Program-made: the position numbers and the translations under genes
DNA from: an uncultured Clostridia bacterium
GTDB taxonomy: Bacteria > Bacillota > Clostridia > TANB77 > CAG-508
Direction of reading: 5' to 3'
NCBI GenBank assembly: GCA_944389745.1
Contig: CALXNM010000005.1
Coordinates: 8,078 to 72,077 of the forward strand
Length of the DNA: 64,000 nt
Notes under the pieces: model-generated
Told to the model about the DNA's origin: nothing
The model's database searches: none
Seen by the model: only the letters and a program-made list of their open reading frames with translations
Shown: piece by piece, positions 10,322 through 21,658 of the stretch
Layout: the number at the start of each line of letters is the position of its first letter
How positions within the stretch are numbered: position 1 is the first letter of the stretch

Positions 10322-11983
10322 ATGGAAGATGTAGATATTGCAAGAAATACAAAATTAGAAAAAATACAAAATATTGCAGAAAGTATAGGTATCACAGAAG
10401 ATGATTTAGAATTATATGGAAAATATAAAGCTAAAATAAATTTGAAAATAATGGACAAATTGAAAGATAAAAAAGATGGAAAACTAGTATTGGTAACCGC
10501 AATAAATCCTACGCCTTTAGGAGAAGGAAAAACAACCATGGCAATAGGCTTAGCTGATGGGCTTAAAAAAATTGGAGAAAAGCCAGTTCTAGCATTAAGA
10601 GAGCCATCGCTAGGACCAGTATTTGGAATTAAAGGAGGAGCAACAGGTGGAGGACATTCACAAATAGCTCCAATGGAAGATATTAACTTACATTTTACTG
10701 GCGATATTCATGCAATAACATCTGCAAATAACCTTCTTTCAGCAATGATAGATAACCATATATATTTTGGAAATGAGCTTGGATTTGATAGGGTAACTTG
10801 GAAAAGATGTGTGGATTTAAATGATAGACAATTAAGAAAAGTAGAAACAGGATTATCTGGAGAGAAGAAAATAGTACCAAGAGAAGATGGGTTTGATATA
10901 TCTGTTGCATCTGAAATAATGGCAATATTTTGTTTAGCAACTGATATAAAAGATTTAAAAAGAAGAATTGGTAATATAATTGTTGGATATACTAAAGAAA
11001 ATAAGCCAATAACAGCAAGAGACCTAAAAGCTGATGGAGCATTAACAGTACTTTTAAAAGATGCCATAAACCCTAACTTAGTTCAAACATTGGAAAAGAC
11101 ACCTGCAATTGTTCATGGTGGTCCATTTGCCAATATTGCTCATGGATGTAATAGTATTATTGCAACAAAACTTGCTTTGAAATTAGGTGACTATGTAATA
11201 ACAGAAGCTGGATTTGGTGCGGATTTGGGTGCGGAAAAATTCTTAGATATTAAATGTAGAAAAGCTGAAATTAAACCAAATGCAGTTGTATGTGTTGCTA
11301 CAATTAAAGCATTAAAATATCATGGTGGAATGCCAAAAGAGGAAATTCAAAATGAAAGTATAGAAGCATTGAACAGAGGATTTAATAATCTTTTAAGACA
11401 TGTGGATAATTTGAAAAATAAATACGGATTAAATGTAATTGTTGCAATTAATAAATACACACAAGATACTGAAAATGAAATTGAATTTTTACGTAATAAA
11501 TTAAAAGAGCAAGGTATAGACTTAAGTTTAGTAGAAAGCTGGGAAAAAGGCGGAGAAGGAGCAACAGACCTTGCAGAAAAAATTGTAGAATTAACTAAAA
11601 AAGATTCTAAATTAAATTACATGTATGATTTAAATGAAAGTTTAAAAGAAAAAATAAATGACGTAGCAACAAAAGTTTATGGAGCAGAAGGAGTAGAGTT
11701 TTCAGCAGAAGCGGAAGAACAAATACACAAAATAGAAGAATTAGGGTATGGAAATTTGCCTGTATGTATAGCAAAAACACAATATTCTTTTTCTGATGAT
11801 CAAAAAAACTTAGAATGCTTAGAACCATTCAAAATACATGTAAATGAAATTATATTAAAATCAGGTGCTGAGTTCGTTGTGGCTATAACAGGAAAAATAA
11901 TGACAATGCCGGGCTTGCCAAGAGTTCCAGCAGCAGAAAACATAGACTTAGATGAAAATGGAAATATAATTGGAATATTTTAA
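10322..11983 (+). CDS. fhs: formate--tetrahydrofolate ligase
   Basis: TAINPTPLGEGKTT P-loop and full-length FTHFS-like sequence. ATG 10322 has an upstream GAGGGAAAGG. The track ORF starts at TTG 10298. Confidence 0.95.
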   Translation: MEDVDIARNTKLEKIQNIAESIGITEDDLELYGKYKAKINLKIMDKLKDKKDGKLVLVTAINPTPLGEGKTTMAIGLADGLKKIGEKPVLALREPSLGPVFGIKGGATGGGHSQIAPMEDINLHFTGDIHAITSANNLLSAMIDNHIYFGNELGFDRVTWKRCVDLNDRQLRKVETGLSGEKKIVPREDGFDISVASEIMAIFCLATDIKDLKRRIGNIIVGYTKENKPITARDLKADGALTVLLKDAINPNLVQTLEKTPAIVHGGPFANIAHGCNSIIATKLALKLGDYVITEAGFGADLGAEKFLDIKCRKAEIKPNAVVCVATIKALKYHGGMPKEEIQNESIEALNRGFNNLLRHVDNLKNKYGLNVIVAINKYTQDTENEIEFLRNKLKEQGIDLSLVESWEKGGEGATDLAEKIVELTKKDSKLNYMYDLNESLKEKINDVATKVYGAEGVEFSAEAEEQIHKIEELGYGNLPVCIAKTQYSFSDDQKNLECLEPFKIHVNEIILKSGAEFVVAITGKIMTMPGLPRVPAAENIDLDENGNIIGIF

Positions 11984-12064
11984 TAAAATGTATAATAACA
12001 CCAATTTCGGATAAAATAAGATAAAATTATTTATTTTATTAAATTTAGAAAGTGGTGTTTTATA

Positions 12065-12778
12065 TTGGCTTTAAAAATTAAAAATAATATGAAAGCTATT
12101 ATAGTTATATTATTAGTAAGTTCAATATTTATTTCATATAATGTATTTTTTAGAAACAATGAAACATATGCCTTATCTAAATATGGCTCAAGAGGAGAAG
12201 AAGTAAGAACAATACAAACGAAATTAAAAAGATGGGGATATTACAACGGAAATGTGGATGGAATATATGGTAGTGCAACGCTTGCTGCAGTTAAAAAGTT
12301 TCAACAAAAAAATGGGCTAACAGTAGATGGAATTGCAGGGACAAAAACACTTCAAGCAATGGGAATATTTAATTCATCAGGAAATAGCTCCAGTGGCTCA
12401 TCAAGTAATTCAAGCTCATCTACAAATTCAAATGATTTAAACCTTCTTAGTAGACTGGTATATGGAGAAGCGAGAGGAGAACCATATACTGGACAAGTAG
12501 CAGTAGCAGCAGTAGTTTTAAATAGAGTAAAAAATAGCTCATTTCCCAATACGGTATCAGGAGTAATTTATCAAAAAGGAGCATTTGATGTAGTAAGTGA
12601 TGGACAAATTAATTTGACGCCAAATGATACGGCAAAAAAAGCAGCACAAGATGCATTAAATGGATGGGACCCAACAAATGGAGCAATATATTATTTTAAT
12701 CCAAGTACAGCAACAAATAAATGGATTTGGTCAAGGCCAATGACAGTGACTATTGGAAAACACAGATTTTGCAAATAG
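12065..12778 (+). CDS. sleB: SleB-like spore cortex-lytic cell wall hydrolase with a PG-binding domain
   Basis: PG_binding_1-like GSRGEEVRTIQTKLKRWGYYNGNVDGIYGSATLAAVKKFQ. Hydrolase_2-like YGEARGEPYTGQVAVAAVVLNRV...GVIYQKGAF. Ser-rich linker. Start is uncertain (TTG 12065 or ATG 12089). Confidence 0.8.
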   Translation: MALKIKNNMKAIIVILLVSSIFISYNVFFRNNETYALSKYGSRGEEVRTIQTKLKRWGYYNGNVDGIYGSATLAAVKKFQQKNGLTVDGIAGTKTLQAMGIFNSSGNSSSGSSSNSSSSTNSNDLNLLSRLVYGEARGEPYTGQVAVAAVVLNRVKNSSFPNTVSGVIYQKGAFDVVSDGQINLTPNDTAKKAAQDALNGWDPTNGAIYYFNPSTATNKWIWSRPMTVTIGKHRFCK

Positions 12779-12780
12779 AG

Positions 12781-12808
12781 AAAAAGCACTTGAAAAAAGT
12801 GCTTTTTT
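12781..12808 (+). terminator. rho-independent terminator after the sleB-like gene
   Basis: AAAAAGCACTT-loop-AAGTGCTTTTTT. Confidence 0.7.
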
Positions 12809-12855
12809 CATGTAAAATATAGTAGTTAAAGGGTAATAGAGAGGAAAGAATTTAA

Positions 12856-14256
12856 ATGATAAAAGCAGATATAAAAAATGAGCTAAATTACATAGATAAA
12901 GTTAGAAAAATAAATGAAGGAAAGAATTTAAAATATTATATATTAACAATGGGATGCCAATTAAATGAAAATGATTCAGAAAAAATTTGTGGTATGGCGG
13001 AAGAAATGGGTTATACTAAAACAGACGATATAATGGAAGCTGATTTAGTTATATATAATACTTGTTGTGTTAGGGAAAATGCAGAGGAAAAGTTATTTGG
13101 AAAATTAGGAGAGGTTAAAAAACAAAAAGAAACTAAAGGTACAATAATAGCAATTGGTGGCTGTATGATGCAAGAGGAACATATTGTAGAGAAAATTAAG
13201 AAAAGCTACAAATATGATGTGATATTTGGTACACATACACTATATAAATTTCCAAAGGACTTATATGATGCAATAATAGGTAATAAAAGAATAACAGATA
13301 TTTTAGATATTGATGGAGAGATAATAGAAGGTTTACCTATAAAAAGAGATGATAATATTAGAGCTTCAGTTACAATAATGAATGGATGTAATAATTTTTG
13401 TACATATTGTATAGTGCCATATGTAAGAGGAAGAGAGAGAAGTAGAAATCCAGAAGATATATTAGAAGAAATAAGAGGTTTAGCTAAAGAAGGATACAAA
13501 GAAATAACTTTACTGGGACAAAATGTTAATTCTTATATGAGAGTTGAAAGAGAAAGAGGGGAAAATGTATCAGAAATTGATTCTTTTGCAAAACTTTTAA
13601 GAGCAGTAAATGAGATAGATGGAATAGAAAAAATAAGATTTATTTCACCACATCCAAAGGATTTTACTGATGATGTTATAGAAGCAATAAGAGACTGCAA
13701 AAAAGTTTCAAAATTTATTCATTTACCACTTCAATCTGGTAGTACAAATGTATTGAAAGTAATGAATAGAGTATATACTAAAGAGCAATATTTAAGTTTA
13801 GTAGATAAGATGAAGAAGATGATTCCAGATGTTAAATTTTCTACAGACATAATTGTAGGATTTCCAGGTGAGACAGAAGATGATTTTGAAGATACTTTAG
13901 ATGTTGTAAGAAAAGTAAAATATGAACAAATTTTTATGTTTATATATTCAAGAAGAAAAGGAACACCAGCAGATAAAATGGAAGATCAAGTACTAGAAGA
14001 AATTAAACATAAAAGATTTGATAGATTAAAAGAAGCTTACGAAAATCTAGTTGAAAAAAATAATAAAGAGTATATAGGAAAAACATTTGAAATGCTTGTA
14101 GAAGGTTATAGCAAAACAAATAGCAACTATTTAACAGGAAGAACAGATACTAATAAAGTAGTTATATTTAAAGGAAATGAAAATATAATTGGCAAGGTGG
14201 TAAATATAAAAATAGTATCAGAACATAAATGGTATTTAAAAGGGGAAATTGTTTAG
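12856..14256 (+). CDS. miaB: tRNA (i6A37) methylthiotransferase, radical SAM
   Basis: MGCQLNENDSE and NTCCVRE (N-terminal cluster), CNNFCTYCIVPYVRG radical-SAM motif, C-terminal TRAM region. Confidence 0.9.
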   Translation: MIKADIKNELNYIDKVRKINEGKNLKYYILTMGCQLNENDSEKICGMAEEMGYTKTDDIMEADLVIYNTCCVRENAEEKLFGKLGEVKKQKETKGTIIAIGGCMMQEEHIVEKIKKSYKYDVIFGTHTLYKFPKDLYDAIIGNKRITDILDIDGEIIEGLPIKRDDNIRASVTIMNGCNNFCTYCIVPYVRGRERSRNPEDILEEIRGLAKEGYKEITLLGQNVNSYMRVERERGENVSEIDSFAKLLRAVNEIDGIEKIRFISPHPKDFTDDVIEAIRDCKKVSKFIHLPLQSGSTNVLKVMNRVYTKEQYLSLVDKMKKMIPDVKFSTDIIVGFPGETEDDFEDTLDVVRKVKYEQIFMFIYSRRKGTPADKMEDQVLEEIKHKRFDRLKEAYENLVEKNNKEYIGKTFEMLVEGYSKTNSNYLTGRTDTNKVVIFKGNENIIGKVVNIKIVSEHKWYLKGEIV

Positions 14257-14330
14257 TTTGTGCATACGTAAAACGAAAAGAGAGTAATAAATATAATAAT
14301 TAAGAAAAGAGAAGGAAGGAAAGACTAAAT

Positions 14331-16949
14331 ATGGCAGGATATTCACCAATGATGCAACATTATTTAGACACAAAAAATCAATATAAAGATTGCATACTAT
14401 TTTATAGATTAGGGGATTTTTATGAAATGTTTTTTGATGATGCAATCAAAGTATCAAGAGAATTAGAGCTTACATTAACAGGTAAAGATTGTGGAATGGA
14501 AGAAAGAGCACCTATGTGCGGAATTCCTTATCATGCTGCAGAAAACTATATTTCAAGACTGATATCAAAAGGATATAAAGTTGCAATATGTGAGCAATTA
14601 GAAGACCCTAAAAAAGCTAAAGGAATAGTAAAAAGAGATGTTATAAGAGTTATAACACCTGGAACTGTTATAGAAGCCAATTTATTAGATGATAGAAAAA
14701 ATAATTACATAATGAGCATCTACAAAAATGGTATATATTTTGGTGTAACAGTTTGTGATGTAACCACAGGAGATTTTAGAACCACAGAAATTAAAGAAAC
14801 AAATAATTTTGCGTGCCTTATGGATGAATTATCAAAATACTCACCAGCAGAGCTTGTTGTAAATCCAATGATGTTTGATTGCAAAGAAGAAATCGACAAG
14901 ATAAAAGAAAGATTTGAAGTATATGTAACTAGATTAGATGAGGACAAATTCGTAAATGATACAGAGAAATTAACAGAAAAATATAAAATTATGGATGATG
15001 AAAATAATGAAGTGGAGAACTTAGATACATACAATTTATCAATCTCTGCTACAAATGCGCTTCTATCATATTTACTAGATACACAAAAAAACAACTTAGA
15101 CCATATAAATAAATTAGTTATATATAATACAACTAAATATATGGCTTTAGATATAAATGCTAGAAGAAATTTAGAGATAACAGAAAAATTAAGAGACAAA
15201 ACCAAAAAAGGAACTTTACTTTGGGTGCTTGATAAGTCATCTACATCAATGGGTGGTAGACTCATTAGAAGATGGCTTAATAATCCATTAATTAATACTA
15301 AAAAAATTAATCAAAGATTAGATGCAGTTGGAGAATTAAAAGATAATATTATATTAAGAGGAGATATAATAGATAGTCTTAAGAAAGTATATGATATAGA
15401 AAGATTAGCAGGAAAAATATCATATGGAAGTGCAAATGGAAGAGATTTAATTTCATTAAAAACTTCGGCAAAGCAACTTCCAGAAGTAAAGAAAGTATTA
15501 GCAGGATGTAAATCTGAGCTTCTTGTAGATTTATATAATAATCTAGATATTTTAGATGACATATATGAATTAATAGATAAAACAATAGTTGATGAACCAC
15601 CAATTAGTGTTAAAGAGGGTGGATTAATAAAATTAGGCTTTAATGAAGAAGTTGATAGATTAAAAACTGCTACAACAGATGGTAAGAAGTGGATTGTACA
15701 ATTAGAAGCTGAAGAAAGAGAAAAAACAGGTATTAAAGGTTTAAAAGTTGGGTTTAATAAAGTGTTTGGATATTATATAGAAGTAACAAAATCCAATGTT
15801 TCATTAGTACCAACAGATAGATATATTAGAAAACAAACATTAACAAATGGAGAAAGATATATTACTGAAGAATTAAAAAATCTAGAAAATCAAATTCTTG
15901 GAGCAGAAGAAAAAGTTGTTAACCTTGAATATGATATATTTGTTAAAGTAAGAGATAAAATAGAATCACAAATAGAAAGAATACAAAAAACAGCAGAGTA
16001 TATAGCAACACTTGATGCACTTTCAGCTTTTGCAACAGTAGCAGAAGACCAAAACTATGTAAGACCTAATGTGGATAATAGTGGAGTTATAGATATAAAA
16101 GATGGACGTCATCCAGTAATAGAAAAAATATTACCAAGTGGAAGTTTTGTTCAAAATGATACATATTTAGATAAAGATGAAAATAGATTAGCAATAATAA
16201 CTGGACCTAACATGGCAGGAAAATCTACATATATGAGACAAGTAGCTTTAATAGTTCTTATGGCTCAAGTTGGAAGTTTTGTACCAGCATCTAGTGCCAA
16301 TATTGGCGTTGTTGATAAAATCTTTACAAGAGTTGGAGCATCTGATGATTTAAGCATGGGACAAAGTACATTTATGGTTGAGATGATGGAAGTTGCTCAA
16401 ATACTAAAAGAAGCAACATCAAATAGTTTAGTAATATTAGATGAAATAGGAAGAGGAACTTCTACATATGATGGATTATCAATTGCATGGGCTGTTGCTG
16501 AATATATTTCAAACAAAGATAAATGCGGAGCAAAAACATTATTTGCAACACATTACCATGAATTAACAGATTTAGAAAATAAATTAGATGGTGTAAAAAA
16601 CTATTCTATAGCTGTAAAAGAAAAAGGAGAAGACGTAATATTCTTAAGAAAAATAGTAAAAGGCGGAACAGATGAAAGCTATGGTGTTCATGTAGCAAAA
16701 CTTGCAGGAGTTCCACAAGTTGTAACTAAAAGAGCAAATGAAATATTAAAATCAATAGAAAGAAAAAATGTACTTAACAACAAAAAGATAGAAAAAGAAA
16801 ACAAAAATGTAGCTGATGGACAACTTACAATGTATAATTATAAACTAGCAGAACTAGCACATGAACTAGACAAAATTGATGTAAACGAACTAACACCAAT
16901 AGATGCACTAAACACATTAGTAAAAATAAAGGAAAAAATGTCGTCATAG
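14331..16949 (+). CDS. mutS: DNA mismatch repair protein MutS
   Basis: TPMMQHYL-type N-terminus (SPMMQHYLDTK...FYRLGDFYEMFFDDA), Walker A GPNMAGKST, STFMVEMME, DEIGRGTSTYDG. Confidence 0.97.
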   Translation: MAGYSPMMQHYLDTKNQYKDCILFYRLGDFYEMFFDDAIKVSRELELTLTGKDCGMEERAPMCGIPYHAAENYISRLISKGYKVAICEQLEDPKKAKGIVKRDVIRVITPGTVIEANLLDDRKNNYIMSIYKNGIYFGVTVCDVTTGDFRTTEIKETNNFACLMDELSKYSPAELVVNPMMFDCKEEIDKIKERFEVYVTRLDEDKFVNDTEKLTEKYKIMDDENNEVENLDTYNLSISATNALLSYLLDTQKNNLDHINKLVIYNTTKYMALDINARRNLEITEKLRDKTKKGTLLWVLDKSSTSMGGRLIRRWLNNPLINTKKINQRLDAVGELKDNIILRGDIIDSLKKVYDIERLAGKISYGSANGRDLISLKTSAKQLPEVKKVLAGCKSELLVDLYNNLDILDDIYELIDKTIVDEPPISVKEGGLIKLGFNEEVDRLKTATTDGKKWIVQLEAEEREKTGIKGLKVGFNKVFGYYIEVTKSNVSLVPTDRYIRKQTLTNGERYITEELKNLENQILGAEEKVVNLEYDIFVKVRDKIESQIERIQKTAEYIATLDALSAFATVAEDQNYVRPNVDNSGVIDIKDGRHPVIEKILPSGSFVQNDTYLDKDENRLAIITGPNMAGKSTYMRQVALIVLMAQVGSFVPASSANIGVVDKIFTRVGASDDLSMGQSTFMVEMMEVAQILKEATSNSLVILDEIGRGTSTYDGLSIAWAVAEYISNKDKCGAKTLFATHYHELTDLENKLDGVKNYSIAVKEKGEDVIFLRKIVKGGTDESYGVHVAKLAGVPQVVTKRANEILKSIERKNVLNNKKIEKENKNVADGQLTMYNYKLAELAHELDKIDVNELTPIDALNTLVKIKEKMSS

Positions 16950-16952
16950 TAT

Positions 16953-16980
16953 GCAGATAGGGGACAGACCCTTTTGGCAC
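16953..16980 (+). repeat. REP-like palindrome, copy 2 (degenerate left arm), after mutS
   Basis: GCAGATAGGGGACAGACCCTTTTGGCAC, 4 nt after the mutS stop. Confidence 0.55.
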
Positions 16981-16999
16981 ATAGAGGAGGAAAAATTAT

Positions 17000-18586
17000 A
17001 TGTTAGCATTGGAAAAATTTAAAGATGACAAGGAAAGAAAGATTCTTGCATGCAAATATAAAAACGAAGTAAAACCGCTAAATATGGAAGTTGACAGTTT
17101 AGAGGACGTAGTTCCAATAGATCTTACTAAAAGAGATGGTAGAAGAGTATATCAAAGAGGACTATTATATATAATGGGAATGGCATTTAATAGAGTATAT
17201 CCAAAGGCATATCTTACAGTAAATTGCCAACTTTCAAACTCCATATTTTGTAATGTAGACAATATGAAAGTTACATATGAGATGATTAATAACATAAAAA
17301 AAGAAATGATAGAGATTGTAAATAGTGACTTGCCTATAAAAAAAATAGATATGACTAAAGAAGAAGCGGAAAAATTTTATGAAAGAGAAAAAACATTAAG
17401 GGGAATATTACAACTAGATAATAAATATAAAGATGAAGTTTCATTATACTTCTGTGAGGATTATTATAACTATTTTTATGGAGTAATGCCAATTAGTACA
17501 GGATATATAAAGTTATTTGATATAGTAAAATATCATGATGGATTTTTATTAAGATATCCAGATAAAAAAACACCATATAAATTAGATAAATATAAAGAAA
17601 CAAAAAAATTATTACGAACACTAGAAGAATATGAGGATATATACAGAATATTAAATATAAATACTATATATAAATTAAATAAAAAGATAGAAGAGGGAAA
17701 ATCAAAAGAATTAATATTACTTGCAGAAGCATTACACGAGAAGAAAATATCAGACATAGCAGATAAAATAGTAAAAAGAAAAGGTATAAAAATAATATTA
17801 ATAGCAGGACCTTCATCATCAGGGAAAACAACATTTGCACAAAGATTAGGAATTCAGCTAAAATTAAATGGAATAAAACCACTTACTATTTCAGTAGACA
17901 ATTATTTTGTAGAAAGAGAAGATACACCAAGAGATGAAAATGGACAATACGATTTTGAAAGACTAGATTCAATTGACCTAGAACTATTTAATGACCATTT
18001 ATCTAGATTATTAAAAGGAGAAGAGGTAGAGCTTCCAACATTTGATTTTAAAACAGGACATAAAGTATATAATGGTGAAAAAATGAGAATGAGAAACAAT
18101 GAAGTATTAGTTATTGAAGGAATACATTGTTTAAATGACAAACTAACAGCAGCAATTCCAAGTGAGCAAAAATATAAAATATATATCAGTGCATTAACAG
18201 TACTAAATATAGATTACTATAACAGAATATCAACAACAGACACAAGATTAATACGTAGACTAGTTAGAGACAACAACTTTAGAGGATATAAAGCACTTCA
18301 CACACTAGAAAATTGGGACATGGTAAATAAAGGAGAAGAAAGCTATATATATCCATTCCAAGAAGATGCAGATAGTATGTTTAATACATCATTACTATAC
18401 GAAATATCAGTATTAAAGAAATATGCTTTACCAATATTAAAAGAAATAGACAACACACATCCAGAATATTCAGAAGCACAAAGCTTATGCGAACTATTAA
18501 AATACTTTGACGATATAGATGATAAATATGTACCAAGAAATTCATTATTAAGAGAATTTATAGGTGGAAGCATATTTGACGTGTAA
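17000..18586 (+). CDS. uridine kinase/PRK-family nucleoside kinase with a long N-terminal extension
   Basis: P-loop IAGPSSSGKTTFAQRL and a PRK-like C-terminal half. GAGGAGG SD before ATG 17000. Confidence 0.7.
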   Translation: MLALEKFKDDKERKILACKYKNEVKPLNMEVDSLEDVVPIDLTKRDGRRVYQRGLLYIMGMAFNRVYPKAYLTVNCQLSNSIFCNVDNMKVTYEMINNIKKEMIEIVNSDLPIKKIDMTKEEAEKFYEREKTLRGILQLDNKYKDEVSLYFCEDYYNYFYGVMPISTGYIKLFDIVKYHDGFLLRYPDKKTPYKLDKYKETKKLLRTLEEYEDIYRILNINTIYKLNKKIEEGKSKELILLAEALHEKKISDIADKIVKRKGIKIILIAGPSSSGKTTFAQRLGIQLKLNGIKPLTISVDNYFVEREDTPRDENGQYDFERLDSIDLELFNDHLSRLLKGEEVELPTFDFKTGHKVYNGEKMRMRNNEVLVIEGIHCLNDKLTAAIPSEQKYKIYISALTVLNIDYYNRISTTDTRLIRRLVRDNNFRGYKALHTLENWDMVNKGEESYIYPFQEDADSMFNTSLLYEISVLKKYALPILKEIDNTHPEYSEAQSLCELLKYFDDIDDKYVPRNSLLREFIGGSIFDV

Positions 18587-18639
18587 AAATATAAAAAAGC
18601 AAATATGACAATATAGAAAAAATAGGAGTAAATTAAAAA

Positions 18640-18951
18640 ATGGGAAGAAGATTTACCGAAATAGATGAAGAATTCATATGCGATAATTGCGGAAGCAAAG
18701 TAGCAAAACTAGGTTACTCATGTAGAGACCACTGTCCAGTATGCCTACACTCAAAACATGTAGATAAAAATCCAGGAGACAGAATGGAAGAATGCCATGG
18801 AGACTTAGAACCAGTATCATTAGAAATAGATAGTAAAAAAGGATATGTAATAATATATAAATGTAAAAAATGCGGAGCAATTAGAAAAAACAAAGCTGCT
18901 AAAGACGATAACATGGACTTAATAATAAAATTAAGCAGTAAACAAATTTAA
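18640..18951 (+). CDS. RNHCP-domain zinc-binding protein
   Basis: CDNCGS...RDHCPVCLHSKHVD...CKKCG resembles the RNHCP signature. Confidence 0.65.
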   Translation: MGRRFTEIDEEFICDNCGSKVAKLGYSCRDHCPVCLHSKHVDKNPGDRMEECHGDLEPVSLEIDSKKGYVIIYKCKKCGAIRKNKAAKDDNMDLIIKLSSKQI

Positions 18952-18952
18952 A

Positions 18953-18985
18953 TGCCAATGGGGACAGACCCCTTTGGCATTTTTT
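18953..18985 (+). repeat. REP-like palindrome, copy 3, between convergent genes
   Basis: TGCCAATGGGGACAGACCCCTTTGGCA followed by TTTTTT, 2 nt after the RNHCP stop. Confidence 0.75.
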
Positions 18986-21493
18986 ACACATCTCTATATA
19001 AATTTCCTCTAGTATATTGTTTTCCTTCAATTCTATCACCGAAGAAGGTGGATTTTGCAATAGAGTTTATCACATCTATTGTTTCGTCTATACAATCTAT
19101 CCTAAGCGAATTTACATCAGATTTCACATCTGTTATACAAGTGATTTTACTATTAAAAATTGTTGTAACTGTCTGGATGTTATCTGGTAATATTCTAAAA
19201 TTAAAACCAAGTCTGTCTTTTAAATAATATTTATTAGAAGTTTGGCATCTCATTTTACATTGAGGATAACATTTATTGCTATTACCTAATACACAATAAT
19301 TCATTTTCATTACAGGTGTGTTTCCATATACTATTAATTCTAAAGAAATATCAGTCTTTTTAGTTTTTGTAATATAATTTATATCATTTAAATTTAATTC
19401 TGGTGAAAGAGTTATTTTTGATAGTCCTAACTCTGCTAATGAATTTATACTTATTTGATTAAAAGCATTAAGAGAAAAGTTTCCTATAAATTCAAAATCA
19501 TTTTTATAATTATCAAGAAGTACAAAATCTCCAAGGCTTGATATAACAAATCCTGCAATATTGTAATTGTTTATTATGATGTCTAGACTATGTTTTATTA
19601 TATTTTTATAATTAGCTTTTACTATAGCTGGAATGTATATGTATGTTTTAAATTTTTCAGTAATTTTCTTTATTCCATCAGTATAATTTTTATTCATAAA
19701 ATGTCTTAAAGGAATATATATACTTGAAATATATTCTTTAGAAAGTTTTGTATAATCAAATTCAGGATGTATTTCATTTAAATAAACTGTTATATTTTTA
19801 ATATTGGTTTTGGAGTTATTAGCAGTTGAGTTATTATTGTCTGAAAAAGAGTTGTTATATTCACTTTTTAGCAAATTGTTTAAATTTTCATCTGTTAACT
19901 TACTTGTATCTCTTTTTAATCTACCAATAATAATTTTTTCTATTTGTGATAATATAGATCTTCGAATTTCATTAATTTCTTTAATACTAGGAATAAATAT
20001 ATTATCACCCATTTCCACATTAATTTTCTCAAATTTAAATGGTGTATCATTTGTTTTTGTTAGTTGAGATATAATTCTTTCTTTAGTAGTTGGAGTTTTT
20101 ATTGCTTCTTCTGGTATTATTTCACTTTCATAGTTTACGGAAATATTATTATACAAACTATTTCTCATATAATTGCATACATAAGCATTAGCTGAAAGAT
20201 TAACTCCTTTTTTTGCTACTATTTTGCACCCTATTGGAATTTTCTTATTTTCAGAATTATATGTTAGTTTGGCTTTTTCAATTTGCTTTTTACTAGATAA
20301 TTTATATATTTTATCACCAATGTGAATATTACCTTTCATTCTTCCAACAATAACTTTATCACCGCTCTTTGCCTGAAACAATATTATTATTGTCCTTTAT
20401 AAGTTCTGATACTGTGTATCTAGTATTTTCATTTTCAAAATTAATTGTATCTCCAATATCAAGTTGTTCATTTAATAATATTCGTATATGACCATTTATT
20501 TTATTATAATAAGCAACATTGCCTATGTATATTCCCATATTATTAGGTTTTTCCTTGCAAACTAAATCACGATTAGCATGACTGTTTAAGTGTCCAGCAG
20601 AAAATCCACCTCTATTAAATATTTGTTTCAATTCGTGAACATCATTTTCATCAATAATATATTCAGCTCCACTTAAAGCCATATCAATGTATTTTCTATA
20701 TATTCTAGTAACAGTTGCAACATATTCTGGAGACTTTAGTCTTCCTTCAATTTTGAAGCTTTTTACACCAGCTTTAATGAGTGATGGAATATATTCTAAT
20801 GAACACAAATCTTTTGGACTTATAAGATAGCCTTTATCTATTTTATGCTCGGTTATTTTTTTGCCGTTAGACTGTTCTTCTATTAATTCATATGGAAGTC
20901 TGCATGGTTGTGCACATTTACCTCTGTTTCCAGATCTACCACCAACCATACTTGAGAATAAGCATTGGCCAGAATAAGATATACAAAGTGCACCATGTAT
21001 AAAAGTTTCTATTTCAATATTGGAATTTTGAGCAATAAATTCAATCTCTGGAAGTGATAGTTCTCTTGATAGTACCGCTCTAGAATATCCAAGCTTTTCT
21101 AACTCTTGAACACCCTCTAAATTATGTATTGTCATTTGAGTGCTTGCATGTATAGGTATATCTGGAAATAGCTTTCTTAAAAATTGAGCTAAACCAATAT
21201 CTTGAATGATTAAAGCATCTATACCAAGCTCTATAGCTTTTTTTGCCATTAAAACAGCATCTTTAAACTCTGTATCTTTTACAAGTATATTTAAGGCAAG
21301 ATGTGTTTTAACATTTCTTAAAGCACAATAATTAATAACTTTTTCAAGTTCTTCAAAATCAAAATTTGTAGCAGCAGCTCTAGCATTAAATAGGCTTCCG
21401 CCAAAATACACACTATTAGCACCATTTTGAACTGCTGCTTTTAAACATTCAAAATCTCCGAGCAGGAGATAAAAGTTCAATATCGTATTTCAT
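18984..21493 (-). pseudogene. U32 family peptidase gene interrupted by two apparent frameshifts
   Basis: ATG 21493 encodes MKYDIELLSPA, then the frame is lost near 21460. The sequence continues in another frame as GDFECLKAAVQNGANSVYFGG... (ORF 20359..21480). A second frame switch near 20360-20400 joins it to ORF 18984..20381. Together they resemble one ~830-aa U32 peptidase. Confidence 0.7.
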
Positions 21494-21658
21494 TTTGAAA
21501 ACCCCTATTCCTTAATTAAATTGTTATCTAATATATAGAGCGCATATGTGAAATCTCTATAAATAAATTATATTATAGAGATTAAAAAAAATCAAATCAG
21601 TAACAAAAAGTACTTAGAGCGAATAGTATATACAAATAAAAAGAAAGGGGTTTTATAT

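Noticed and set aside
14331-18586. mutS not followed by mutL
   Set aside because: This is a notable departure from the common mutS-mutL arrangement, but mutL may lie elsewhere in the genome. It cannot be evaluated from one window.
18952-19227. 91-aa + strand ORF starting MPMGTDPFG
   Set aside because: Its start codon lies inside the REP-like palindrome, and the rest is antisense to the U32 gene. The same palindrome also creates the false N-terminal extension of the M23 ORF (27727..27801) and the start of ORF 27793..28074.
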